A stretch of DNA of 64,000 nt from a virus. The notes beneath the pieces were generated by a model that saw only the letters and a list, made by a program, of their open reading frames with translations, ran no database searches and had not been told where the DNA came from. The DNA lies in the IMG/VR virus record IMGVR_UViG_3300047160_002053, positions 40,163 through 104,162 of that record. One strand, 5' to 3'. Position numbers and translations under genes: made by a program. Within the stretch, counting starts at the first letter, position 1, and every line of letters begins with the position of its first letter. Positions 57,049 through 64,000 of the stretch are shown here, in pieces.

Positions 57049-57308
57049 GACCTATCCTTTAATCGCTTCATTGCTTTTTCATGACGCTCTTTAGTAGCCT
57101 TAATTCGAGCTTCACGCCTTGCTTCATTGGCCTCGATCTGCTCAGGTGTGGCCGGAATCATCTCGAACTGCGGATAGTATTTGGGGAAGAAGTCCTGGTC
57201 GCCTTCCCCATGAACAGTTGCAAGGAGAGGATCAGTCGTCCAGGTGCCTAAGTTCCAGTGTGGTAGCTCCACTAGATATTGGCCCTTGTACATGACAACG
57301 AATTTCAT
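57045..57308 (-). CDS. hypothetical protein
   Basis: 87 aa; AAGGAGG SD. Confidence 0.7.
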   Translation of the reverse strand: MKFVVMYKGQYLVELPHWNLGTWTTDPLLATVHGEGDQDFFPKYYPQFEMIPATPEQIEANEARREARIKATKERHEKAMKRLKDRS

Positions 57309-57331
57309 ACATTCCTCCTTCGCTTACGCTC

Positions 57332-57360
57332 AGGATAGCCAAAGAGGACGAGCAGGTCAA
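57332..57360 (-). promoter_or_regulatory. sigma70-type promoter
   Basis: TTGACC-17-TATCCT. Confidence 0.7.
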
Positions 57361-57527
57361 GTGCGGAGATTAGGCGTCGTATTCTCCGCATGTATATACA
57401 CCAGAGGCGTCTCATAGCGGGAAATCCCCAGTGAGGTCACGGGCATGGTCAATTATGCGTATAAACGAGCTGGATTATCCCTATTGGGGATAGCACGTAT
57501 GTATAAAGCTGTAAGGGCTTGATTTTA

Positions 57528-57606
57528 CAGAAAATTTTCCGGAAAAAATTTTTCGATTATACATACGGGTCCCATTTTGGAATATTTTTTTGGAAAAATT
57601 TTTTGT
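57528..57606. repeat. A/T-tract inverted repeats at the strand switch
   Basis: GAAAATTTTCC/GGAAAAAATTTTTC near-palindrome and a second TTTTTTTGGAAAAATTTTTT tract. Confidence 0.6.
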
Positions 57607-57640
57607 CGTTTGTTCATGTCCATATATCCCAGCCTTTAGC

Positions 57641-57656
57641 TGCAAGGGGTATGCCA
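57641..57656 (-). promoter_or_regulatory. sigma54-type (-24/-12) promoter
   Basis: TGGCATACCCCTTGCA: GG-N10-GC with TGGCA and TTGCA. Confidence 0.65.
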
Positions 57657-57866
57657 AACCCCGATGACCCATATTCCCTAGAGATTCCGCGTAGTTACAT
57701 GATTTGATACACTCCAAAGTCTCTTATTGGGCTGTCAACGGATTGCTCTACACTGTCTAATGATTTCTATGCGACTCGTTATCGACCCCGCTTAAGTTCT
57801 ACATAGAGGCCAAAAGGAATGCCAGCGTATCGAAATGGGATTCTTAGATTTATTTTTTGAAAGGCC

Positions 57867-57893
57867 TCAAGTTCCTATTGATTGCACCGATAC
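57867..57893 (+). promoter_or_regulatory. sigma28/FliA-type promoter
   Basis: TCAAG-N15-CCGATAC, about 30 nt upstream of ATG 57924. Confidence 0.7.
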
Positions 57894-57923
57894 GTTGTAT
57901 GTAACCCAAACAAAGGAGCACAT

Positions 57924-58319
57924 ATGCAACTGCTTAAAGGAAACGAAGGACGCAAGGTCATGGTAGAGGTCAACGGCCATATGGTCGAGGCCGTGGTCTC
58001 GGTTATGTGGGACTATGAGGACACTCATCCGGTTAGCGGTGAGGACTTCGATTTTGGTGACTCTCAGGCCAATGACGATTATGAGGCGCGCTTCTTTAGA
58101 GGCGAGTTGTCAAACGTGATGGTGACGGTGCGCGTTATGGCGGAAGGTCTAGAAGGGTTAGACCATTTAGGCGCGTGTCATGTCACAAGTCGAGATTTTG
58201 AAACTGACCTAATGCAACTTGTCAACGACCACGATATGATAGGCCAAGCGAGTGATGAGCTTAAAACCAATATAATCGAGGCGGCTAGTCGTCTCCAAAA
58301 ATATGCGAAAGGGGCCTAA
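57924..58319 (+). CDS. acidic hypothetical protein
   Basis: Start ATG 57924 with AAGGAG SD. Confidence 0.75.
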   Translation: MQLLKGNEGRKVMVEVNGHMVEAVVSVMWDYEDTHPVSGEDFDFGDSQANDDYEARFFRGELSNVMVTVRVMAEGLEGLDHLGACHVTSRDFETDLMQLVNDHDMIGQASDELKTNIIEAASRLQKYAKGA

Positions 58320-58320
58320 T

Positions 58321-58566
58321 ATGGACCAAAACAAGACACTCAAGGCGGGCGACCTCGTTAAGTATCACGTCCAGGACGAGACCTTGACAGAGCTTGGTTT
58401 TAAGCTAGGTCAAATCTATATGGTCAAGACTACGCTTAAAGGCGCTTTAGCCGCTGACAACGGTGACGCCTATGCGGTTCTGGTTATGGACGGTGCCTTG
58501 ACAGACCACGCGGATCATTTCGCTAAGCACCGTTGTCCAGTGGTTTTGCCTAGAGGTGTTCAATGA
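58321..58566 (+). CDS. hypothetical protein
   Basis: Start ATG 58321 right after the upstream stop. Confidence 0.65.
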   Translation: MDQNKTLKAGDLVKYHVQDETLTELGFKLGQIYMVKTTLKGALAADNGDAYAVLVMDGALTDHADHFAKHRCPVVLPRGVQ

Positions 58567-58847
58567 GTCGTCCTAATATGACCAAAATCACAAAGTTGGA
58601 GTTGTACACGATCTTATATGGGCTAGGTTTCAAAAAGCGTTTGGAGCTTGCAAAACTATGTGGCGTTGGAATAGGTGCGGTTAACCAGTGGTTTCGACGC
58701 GAGGAGATTCCGACCTATAGGCTTGCTTATATCAAAACACATATAGGCGATACAAAAGTCATGCCATTCGTGGAGACTGCAAATGACGTGCCAGGACCAA
58801 ACTACTGTCCCAATTGTGGTCATTGTCTCAAAAAGACGCACGAATAG
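58563..58847 (+). CDS. Cro-like HTH protein with C-terminal Zn knuckle
   Basis: ELAKLCGV...AVNQW...IP; CPNCG. Confidence 0.7.
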   Translation: MSRPNMTKITKLELYTILYGLGFKKRLELAKLCGVGIGAVNQWFRREEIPTYRLAYIKTHIGDTKVMPFVETANDVPGPNYCPNCGHCLKKTHE

Positions 58848-58855
58848 CCGGAGGG

Positions 58856-59375
58856 TTGACTCCAGCTATTTTGACGGTCTCATTATGAGAAATGTGGCGC
58901 GGTCAAACCGCGTTTTTTGAGACCTTTTCAAAATGACCACGTTGACTAAACGAAGCCGCCGACCTAACGAAAATGACCTAACTATTTGATATAATTAGAT
59001 TATTTGTCTATTGACCATGCCCGTGACCTATTTTGAGGCGCGGGCCGCCTTTAGTGGCCTTTCCTATCCTTCCCTCTATGCCAAAATTGACACGCATGGG
59101 ATTGACACGCTAACCGATTCTATCTAGTGAACCTCTGAAACATTCGACCGCTATAGAGCGACGTTGCTTCACAATGAGACCGCAATTAGTCCTCAAGTGT
59201 TAGCCTATAGATAAGATTGCATGGACTTAATAGGCTCTATTATATTCGTTTTAAGCGTATAACTGATTGACAGTGCCAAAAAGATTGACAAAACGCCATA
59301 ACATATCGAATAGACTAATGAATTGACTCAAATCAAATTTGAGCTGAGCAAAACCTTGACAGTGTTAGAATTGAC
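58856..59375 (+). repeat. array of co-oriented TTGAC boxes in a 630-bp non-coding region
   Basis: 11 plus-strand TTGAC counted by hand, six being TTGACA; ATTGACACGC twice (59086, 59101). Confidence 0.75.
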
Positions 59376-59403
59376 ACGGTTAATAAATTCAATGCGTTAG
59401 GGT

Positions 59404-59419
59404 TGGCACGCTGGATGCA
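59404..59419 (+). promoter_or_regulatory. sigma54-type (-24/-12) promoter
   Basis: TGGCACGCTGGATGCA: GG-N10-GC, upstream of ATG 59476. Confidence 0.65.
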
Positions 59420-59475
59420 ATGAGTTAGGTCAACCCCCCGCGCCACGGAAGGCGCATTTTTGAAAGGCGGCTTAT

Positions 59476-59694
59476 ATGGCTCGGGACTTAGTTGCTGATT
59501 TTCTCAAAAAACACTCTCTTGCGGACATCAAGGCCGAAGTTGTAGGCGAAACCCTTAACGAGTATGGCACTAAGTTTGCAAGCTATTTTTTCGGCAACGG
59601 TGAATTGATCGTGTGTCCTGCTGATGAGTCTCAGGATGAGACAGTTTACGTTATTGACACTTATGGAGACCGTGATTTTTTAGTTGAATTCTAA
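59476..59694 (+). CDS. small acidic hypothetical protein
   Basis: 72 aa; GAAAGGCGG SD. Confidence 0.7.
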   Translation: MARDLVADFLKKHSLADIKAEVVGETLNEYGTKFASYFFGNGELIVCPADESQDETVYVIDTYGDRDFLVEF

Positions 59695-59731
59695 AACGCT
59701 ATGCGTTATGCTTTAGGTATTGGAGGCGATT

Positions 59732-60280
59732 ATGCGACTGCTTAGAATGTTCTACTGGACTCGGGTTATTAAGGCCCTCGCCTATTATGGTTTGATTTTG
59801 ACTAACTTGATCTTATCACTCAACCTTGTCATGGTTAAGTTTCGCCCGTCTCAGATTGACCCTCAACTGCAATTTTGGGTTGACGAATTCGGGCGCGTGG
59901 GCCTTGAACATGGCGTCAAGGTTTCGACTCATGGCCTTATTATGCGTTTTGTGGACCGCTCTAGTTTTGGCGGTGAACATGAGTTATTAGGTCAAAAAGT
60001 TGTCACGTTGGCCCAATGCAATCCTATGACTAACACAATCGAGATAGGCCGCGAACCATATCAAAATGCGACTGAATGGCAACGCCGTCTCGTTTTGTTT
60101 CACGAAATGGGTCATTGCATTCTCAAATTGGGTCACGACGAGCGCATAGCTGCAAATGGTATGCCAAACTCAATCATGTATCCCATTATGACACCTATTC
60201 AATACAATCCAGCGACCGCGTTTCAATATGACGCGCAGCTTTTTGGGTCATACGCATTTAATCAAGGCGGCTCGAAATGA
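59732..60280 (+). CDS. membrane-anchored zinc metallopeptidase (related to 26636..27217)
   Basis: N-terminal TM; HEMGHCILKLGH; SIMYP Met-turn. Confidence 0.75.
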   Translation: MRLLRMFYWTRVIKALAYYGLILTNLILSLNLVMVKFRPSQIDPQLQFWVDEFGRVGLEHGVKVSTHGLIMRFVDRSSFGGEHELLGQKVVTLAQCNPMTNTIEIGREPYQNATEWQRRLVLFHEMGHCILKLGHDERIAANGMPNSIMYPIMTPIQYNPATAFQYDAQLFGSYAFNQGGSK

Positions 60281-60354
60281 GTCAAAAAGAGTATCATTTG
60301 TGGATATGTGCCTATCTAGGACTGGACCCGACTAAAGTTAAATTCGTCGGTTGA
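60277..60354 (+). CDS. microprotein (25 aa)
   Basis: ATGA-coupled; MSQKEYHLWICAYLGLDPTKVKFVG. Confidence 0.35.
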   Translation: MSQKEYHLWICAYLGLDPTKVKFVG

Positions 60355-60379
60355 CAGAACGCATTGAACGCGCTAAGCT
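60351..60379 (+). promoter_or_regulatory. sigma70-type promoter
   Basis: TTGACA-17-TAAGCT. Confidence 0.65.
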
Positions 60380-60418
60380 AAATAGTGACCTAAAAACCAA
60401 TAGCCAAAGGAGGCTAAC

Positions 60419-60721
60419 ATGCAAGACGGAAACCAAACCCAAAACACGACCCAAGTTGAGACGCCGAATCAATTCAAAGTCATCAAGCGTTATGCTAACC
60501 GCAAGCTCTATGACACCGAAGAGTCTCAATATGTGACACTCACTCAAGTTCAGGACTTTGTTAAGGCGGGACGCGAAGTCATCGTCATTGACAACGCCTC
60601 GAAACGAGACATCACGGCTAAAACGCTGTTGGCGTCTATCATTGAGACAGAATCAGAGCGCGAAGACCTTTCGACTTCTGAAGTTGTGGCGCTTATCAAA
60701 CGCGGACTTTCGACAAAATAA
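60419..60721 (+). CDS. PhaR-like DNA-binding domain protein (PHB_acc_N)
   Basis: IKRYANRKLYDT..S.YVTL......V..G....VID.....DIT...L. Confidence 0.9.
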   Translation: MQDGNQTQNTTQVETPNQFKVIKRYANRKLYDTEESQYVTLTQVQDFVKAGREVIVIDNASKRDITAKTLLASIIETESEREDLSTSEVVALIKRGLSTK

Positions 60722-60724
60722 CGC

Positions 60725-60751
60725 TAAAGTTTTGCCGTGGCCGTCCGATAA
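60725..60751 (+). promoter_or_regulatory. sigma28/FliA-type promoter
   Basis: TAAAGTTT-N11-TCCGATAA. Confidence 0.8.
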
Positions 60752-60797
60752 GTTGTTAAGTCACTGAATCGGACGGTCATTCAACGAAAGGATCAAA

Positions 60798-61457
60798 ATG
60801 GGACGCAACGGAGAGATTTCGATTCAAATTGAGATTGAGATTCCCGCCATGCCAGCGCCGCCGCAAAAACTTGAGTTTGACGTGCCAAATTTAGAGCAGC
60901 GTCACGTTTTGAAACGTGTTAAGGAAACGACAGGCATTGACGTTGTGACCTCTAAAGGCGAGGGCCGTGCAATTTTGGGTTTTGCGTCTTGGTTCGCTAG
61001 TGGATGCTATGCGAGGCCCGAAACTAGCCCGATGCTGCAACGTGAGACTATCGTTTTATTTTTGGAACCTCATGACCCATATTGGTACAGCGTACTATTC
61101 CACGAATTAGGACACGCCACGGGACACCAAAGCCGTTTGGCTCGAATTGGTATCACGAATCACGAAATGTATGCTTTTGATATGCGCGTGCGTGCAATCG
61201 AGGAAATCATTGCCGAGAGTGTCGCGGCGCGTGTTATGGACCGCTTAGCCCTTGCAACCGAAACGACTAGAGCGAAAAGCCGCGACTATTTGAGGCATTT
61301 TGCAGAGCCCGTTGGCATTGATATTGCAGACAGCGAAATTCAACACTCTATTAAACTCGCCTATGATTTAGTCATGCAATGGCTTGAATTCATGGAGATT
61401 TCTCGTTATGAAACGAAATTAGGCGACCTCATGAAGGAATTTAATAAGTTTTTTTGA
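60798..61457 (+). CDS. ArdC-type zincin metallopeptidase (MPTase-like)
   Basis: Y..LFHELGHATGH.SRL.R...EEIIAE...Y. Confidence 0.8.
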   Translation: MGRNGEISIQIEIEIPAMPAPPQKLEFDVPNLEQRHVLKRVKETTGIDVVTSKGEGRAILGFASWFASGCYARPETSPMLQRETIVLFLEPHDPYWYSVLFHELGHATGHQSRLARIGITNHEMYAFDMRVRAIEEIIAESVAARVMDRLALATETTRAKSRDYLRHFAEPVGIDIADSEIQHSIKLAYDLVMQWLEFMEISRYETKLGDLMKEFNKFF

Positions 61458-61476
61458 TTTTTTTGACAAAACGCGC

Positions 61477-61503
61477 TAAAGTTTTAGGAGAGACAGCCGA
61501 TAA
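61477..61503 (+). promoter_or_regulatory. sigma28/FliA-type promoter (exact consensus)
   Basis: TAAAGTTT-N11-GCCGATAA. Confidence 0.85.
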
Positions 61504-61519
61504 GTTATATATGGAGGCA

Positions 61520-61663
61520 ATGACAATGAACGCGAAACGAATCAAAACAATGAAAGTCGAAAGGATGACGGCGACAATTCAAAAACGCCTAGAGGCCTTC
61601 GGGTTTCAAATTGTTTGGATTAAATTCGTTTCATACGGACACACTGTCATTGGTTACAAATGA
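61520..61663 (+). CDS. small basic hypothetical protein
   Basis: Start moved to ATG 61520/61526 behind GGAGG; the longer TTG ORF would cover the promoter. Confidence 0.6.
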   Translation: MTMNAKRIKTMKVERMTATIQKRLEAFGFQIVWIKFVSYGHTVIGYK

Positions 61664-62196
61664 AACGTATCAATTTGATCTATTCCGCTTTAGTGCTTAT
61701 CGTCACTGTTTCCCTTGGTTTCGCTATGCGTACCGAAACGAAACCCGCGCCGGTTGAGACTGTCAAGGTCGAGCCACAAGCTAAAGACCAAAGTCAAGAC
61801 GTGCGCGACGTTGCGTTAGCTAACGGTTTCACGCCTTCGGAACGTATCGTCAACGCTATTTTGCGTGCTTCTGAAACGTATCAGATTGATTCAATCGAAT
61901 TGACTGCAATCGCTATAGTGGAGACAGGCCTAGGCAAAAACGCTAAGACTCGCGTCAATTCAAACGGCACTAAAGATCATGGCTTGTTTCAAATCAATAC
62001 AGTGAACGCACCTAAATGCGTTGAATATAACTTAGACAGTCCCGAAGGTTCCGCGCTATGCGCTGCAAAACTACTGTCTCAAATCAAAGCACGTCGCGCC
62101 GATTATTTAGGCGTGTATCATTCTAAAACACCGTCCAGAAAGTTGGTATATATGCAAAAACTGGACCAAGTGATGTCTCAAACTGATAATAAATAA
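61660..62196 (+). CDS. exported lytic transglycosylase (SLT family)
   Basis: Signal/TM; AIAIVET, N.NGT.D.GLFQIN, G.YHS. Confidence 0.85.
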   Translation: MKRINLIYSALVLIVTVSLGFAMRTETKPAPVETVKVEPQAKDQSQDVRDVALANGFTPSERIVNAILRASETYQIDSIELTAIAIVETGLGKNAKTRVNSNGTKDHGLFQINTVNAPKCVEYNLDSPEGSALCAAKLLSQIKARRADYLGVYHSKTPSRKLVYMQKLDQVMSQTDNK

Positions 62197-62219
62197 TTTC
62201 AAAAAACGCAAAATAAAAC

Positions 62220-62247
62220 TTGAGTTTTTTAGTCATGTATCCGATAC
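62220..62247 (+). promoter_or_regulatory. sigma28/FliA-type promoter (variant)
   Basis: TTGAGTTT...TCCGATAC with spacer one base longer; upstream of ATG 62271. Confidence 0.6.
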
Positions 62248-62270
62248 TAGATATATGAAAGGCGGTAGTT

Positions 62271-62666
62271 ATGAACATTAAAACCAATATCCTGATTTTC
62301 TCAGTGTTTCAAACCAATACGTCACGCGAGTTGAACGAATCACGTCACCGCGACGTTTTGGCAAGACTGCAACGCTCTGGAGTCCCTGCAATCGAATTGC
62401 AAGGCAAATACAACGGCAACGAAGAGTTGTCAATTTTGGTTGACGGTTTCAATCACCGTGCCGACGTTGAGTATTTTTGCCGTGAATTCAATCAAGAGTG
62501 TTATTTAGAGTCTCATAATGACCGCGCAACGTCGCTTGTGTTTCCCGATGGGACACGCCAAAAACTTGGCACGCTCGTTGCAGCATCTAAAGATGAGGCG
62601 GAGGCGTCTGGCTCATATCCATACAATCCCAATTCGGGATATTTCATTGTGAGACAAGGAGCTTAA
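62271..62666 (+). CDS. S-adenosylmethionine lyase (T3 SAMase-like)
   Basis: S.F..N....N.SRHR, G.Y...EE.S, C.EF.Q.C.L match T3 SAMase motifs as recalled. Confidence 0.8.
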   Translation: MNIKTNILIFSVFQTNTSRELNESRHRDVLARLQRSGVPAIELQGKYNGNEELSILVDGFNHRADVEYFCREFNQECYLESHNDRATSLVFPDGTRQKLGTLVAASKDEAEASGSYPYNPNSGYFIVRQGA

Positions 62667-62667
62667 T

Positions 62668-63189
62668 ATGCCGAATCATGTTGAGAATGACTTATATATT
62701 CGTGGACCAAAAAAAGACATTGAGGCGTTTTTCGAGGCCGTGCGCGGCAAAACGGATCAATATGGCACGACCGAAATTGACGCTGATAAGCTGATTCCTT
62801 ATCCTAAGCGTTTCGCGGACGCTGATAAGGCGGCGCGTGACTTTCGAGAGGCTAACCCCAAAGCGCCGTGGTCCGAAGGTCCACAAGACGGTTATAATCA
62901 AGGCGGCTACGAATGGTGCGTTTCAAATTGGGGCACGAAATGGGGATTCTATGACTTTAGTCCGATTCGTTTCGGCAAAAATGGGGACCGCGCTAAGGTA
63001 TCGTTTCAAACGGCATGGAGTCCAGCGTTTCCGTTATTCAATGCAATGGCTAAAAAATTCCCGACGTTGACATTTACAGTCCGCTATTTCGAGCGCGGAA
63101 TGGGTTTCAAAGGCCTTTACAAGGTCAAAGGAGACGAAGTGTTAGCGGACGAATGTAGCGAGAACTATCGCGGAAACCGTGGAGGCTAA
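62668..63189 (+). CDS. DUF1281/YubB-like protein
   Basis: MPN...N.L, Y.W...NWGTKW, F.TAWSP. Confidence 0.8.
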   Translation: MPNHVENDLYIRGPKKDIEAFFEAVRGKTDQYGTTEIDADKLIPYPKRFADADKAARDFREANPKAPWSEGPQDGYNQGGYEWCVSNWGTKWGFYDFSPIRFGKNGDRAKVSFQTAWSPAFPLFNAMAKKFPTLTFTVRYFERGMGFKGLYKVKGDEVLADECSENYRGNRGG

Positions 63190-63192
63190 ACA

Positions 63193-63420
63193 ATGACACG
63201 CGCAAAATATAAAGCCTTGAGGGTCAAGGCTTACAAAATGACCGGCGAAATTGGACACTTAGCAGAATTGCACGGCAATGAGATGCCTCAACTTGAGTCG
63301 TCCTATAAAGAGATGTGTCGAGGACTTGACGCGATTGATGACCTCGGCATCTCATTAGGATACGTGGACCCTGAAACCAATGATTTGATTGACAGACGTT
63401 TCAAAAACAAGGCGGGCTAA
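63193..63420 (+). CDS. hypothetical protein
   Basis: 75 aa; GGAGG SD. Confidence 0.65.
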   Translation: MTRAKYKALRVKAYKMTGEIGHLAELHGNEMPQLESSYKEMCRGLDAIDDLGISLGYVDPETNDLIDRRFKNKAG

Positions 63421-63421
63421 T

Positions 63422-63799
63422 ATGAGAATTGCAAGCGACGTACTCGGGACACTCAAAGGCCACAAAGGGGACGTGATTCACGAAGCTTTGACGCGCCTTA
63501 TCGCGCAAGGTCATGAGGTCGTGGTCTGGTCCTCGGACTATGGACTTGCGGTCAATGAAGCGAAACAACGCGGCTTAGACGTGAATACGGCCACAAGCAA
63601 GTTTGCCAAGTATGAAGCAAACGAGCAAGGCAAGGAACTTTTTGACGTGGCAATCGAAGACGACCACATGCAAAAGCGATACCTTGCAGCGAAGCGTTTC
63701 ATTATGGTTGACGAAATAACAGACGTTGACTCATTGGTTAACATGATTTTGAACCCCTCCCCCGTGGTTCAAAATGAGAATCAGGATGACGAATTCTAA
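63422..63799 (+). CDS. degenerate HAD-like protein
   Basis: RIASDVLGTL, VVVWS, DVAIEDD; second Asp of DxD missing. Confidence 0.6.
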   Translation: MRIASDVLGTLKGHKGDVIHEALTRLIAQGHEVVVWSSDYGLAVNEAKQRGLDVNTATSKFAKYEANEQGKELFDVAIEDDHMQKRYLAAKRFIMVDEITDVDSLVNMILNPSPVVQNENQDDEF

Positions 63800-63825
63800 A
63801 AAGTATTTTTTAAGGAGGTCTTAAA

Positions 63826-63999
63826 ATGGGAACGCGAAATATCACAATGGTACGAGTAGGCGGAAAAATCAAAGTTATGCAATACTGTCAATGGGATGGA
63901 TACCCGACAGGGCAAGGCGAGACGATTGCCGAATTCATTCAAGACAAAATGGACTTGCCCTTGTTCAAAAAACAAGTCAAGGCTTTACGCAATATCAGT
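63826..63999 (+). CDS. conserved phage protein (YxxWDGYP motif), truncated by window end
   Basis: MGTRNIT...QYCQWDGYPTGQG; AAGGAGG SD. Confidence 0.7.
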   Translation, partial: MGTRNITMVRVGGKIKVMQYCQWDGYPTGQGETIAEFIQDKMDLPLFKKQVKALRNIS

Positions 64000-64000
64000 G

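Noticed and set aside
57481-57717. ORFs 57481..57717 (-) and 57519..57707 (+)
   Set aside because: Low-complexity products of A/T tracts with no convincing SD; region reads as regulatory
57809-57824. Third sigma54-like site (TGGCATTCCTTTTGGC, minus)
   Set aside because: Has GG rather than the near-invariant GC at -12
58850-59470. CRISPR array
   Set aside because: Repeats are only 5-10 nt and irregularly spaced; no cas genes
60419-60721. Phage-encoded PHA metabolism
   Set aside because: Only the regulator DNA-binding domain is present; no synthase, phasin or depolymerase in the window
1-64000. Stop-codon reassignment
   Set aside because: Long genes are intact in code 11 and TAA, TAG and TGA all end tightly coupled genes

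Overview
This 64-kb window is part of a large lytic myovirus (contractile-tailed phage) genome read in the standard genetic code. It has three blocks. (1) 1-35.2 kb, mostly minus strand, is a tail/baseplate module: tape measure, hub, spike, a tube-initiator/LysM/gp25-like fusion, a 2194-aa gpJ-like wedge protein and several modular fibre proteins, including a collinear paralogue pair. Two small plus-strand islands interrupt it. (2) 35.3-57.3 kb, mostly minus strand, holds auxiliary genes with sigma70-type promoters. These cover nucleotide metabolism (thyX, nrdAB, MazG, 5'-nucleotidase, UDG-like, NDT-like) and a very complete RNA-repair/translation-rescue set (RNA ligase, PNKP, RlaP-type nucleotidyltransferase, two HAD_SAK_2 proteins, minimal CCA enzyme, Pth2-like, peptide deformylase, an ArfA-like microprotein, tRNA-Ala). 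The block also has a YgiB/YgiC pair and two homing endonucleases, one frameshifted. (3) 57.3-64 kb follows a strand switch. It is GATC-poor, has long non-coding control regions and carries early/anti-defence-type genes (T3-like SAM lyase, ArdC-type metallopeptidase, PhaR-like regulator, transglycosylase). The most striking signal is regulatory. Four operons of block 3 have sigma28/FliA-type promoters, and there are two divergent sigma54-type promoters plus an array of orphan TTGAC boxes. Structural operons instead share an apparently phage-specific AATCTTA motif. I infer a cascade of alternative host sigmas (early), sigma70 (middle) and AATCTTA (late), which would suit a motile host state such as the attack phase of a predatory Bdellovibrio-like bacterium. 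The host is inferred, not shown. All family calls come from motif recognition by eye; no searches were run.
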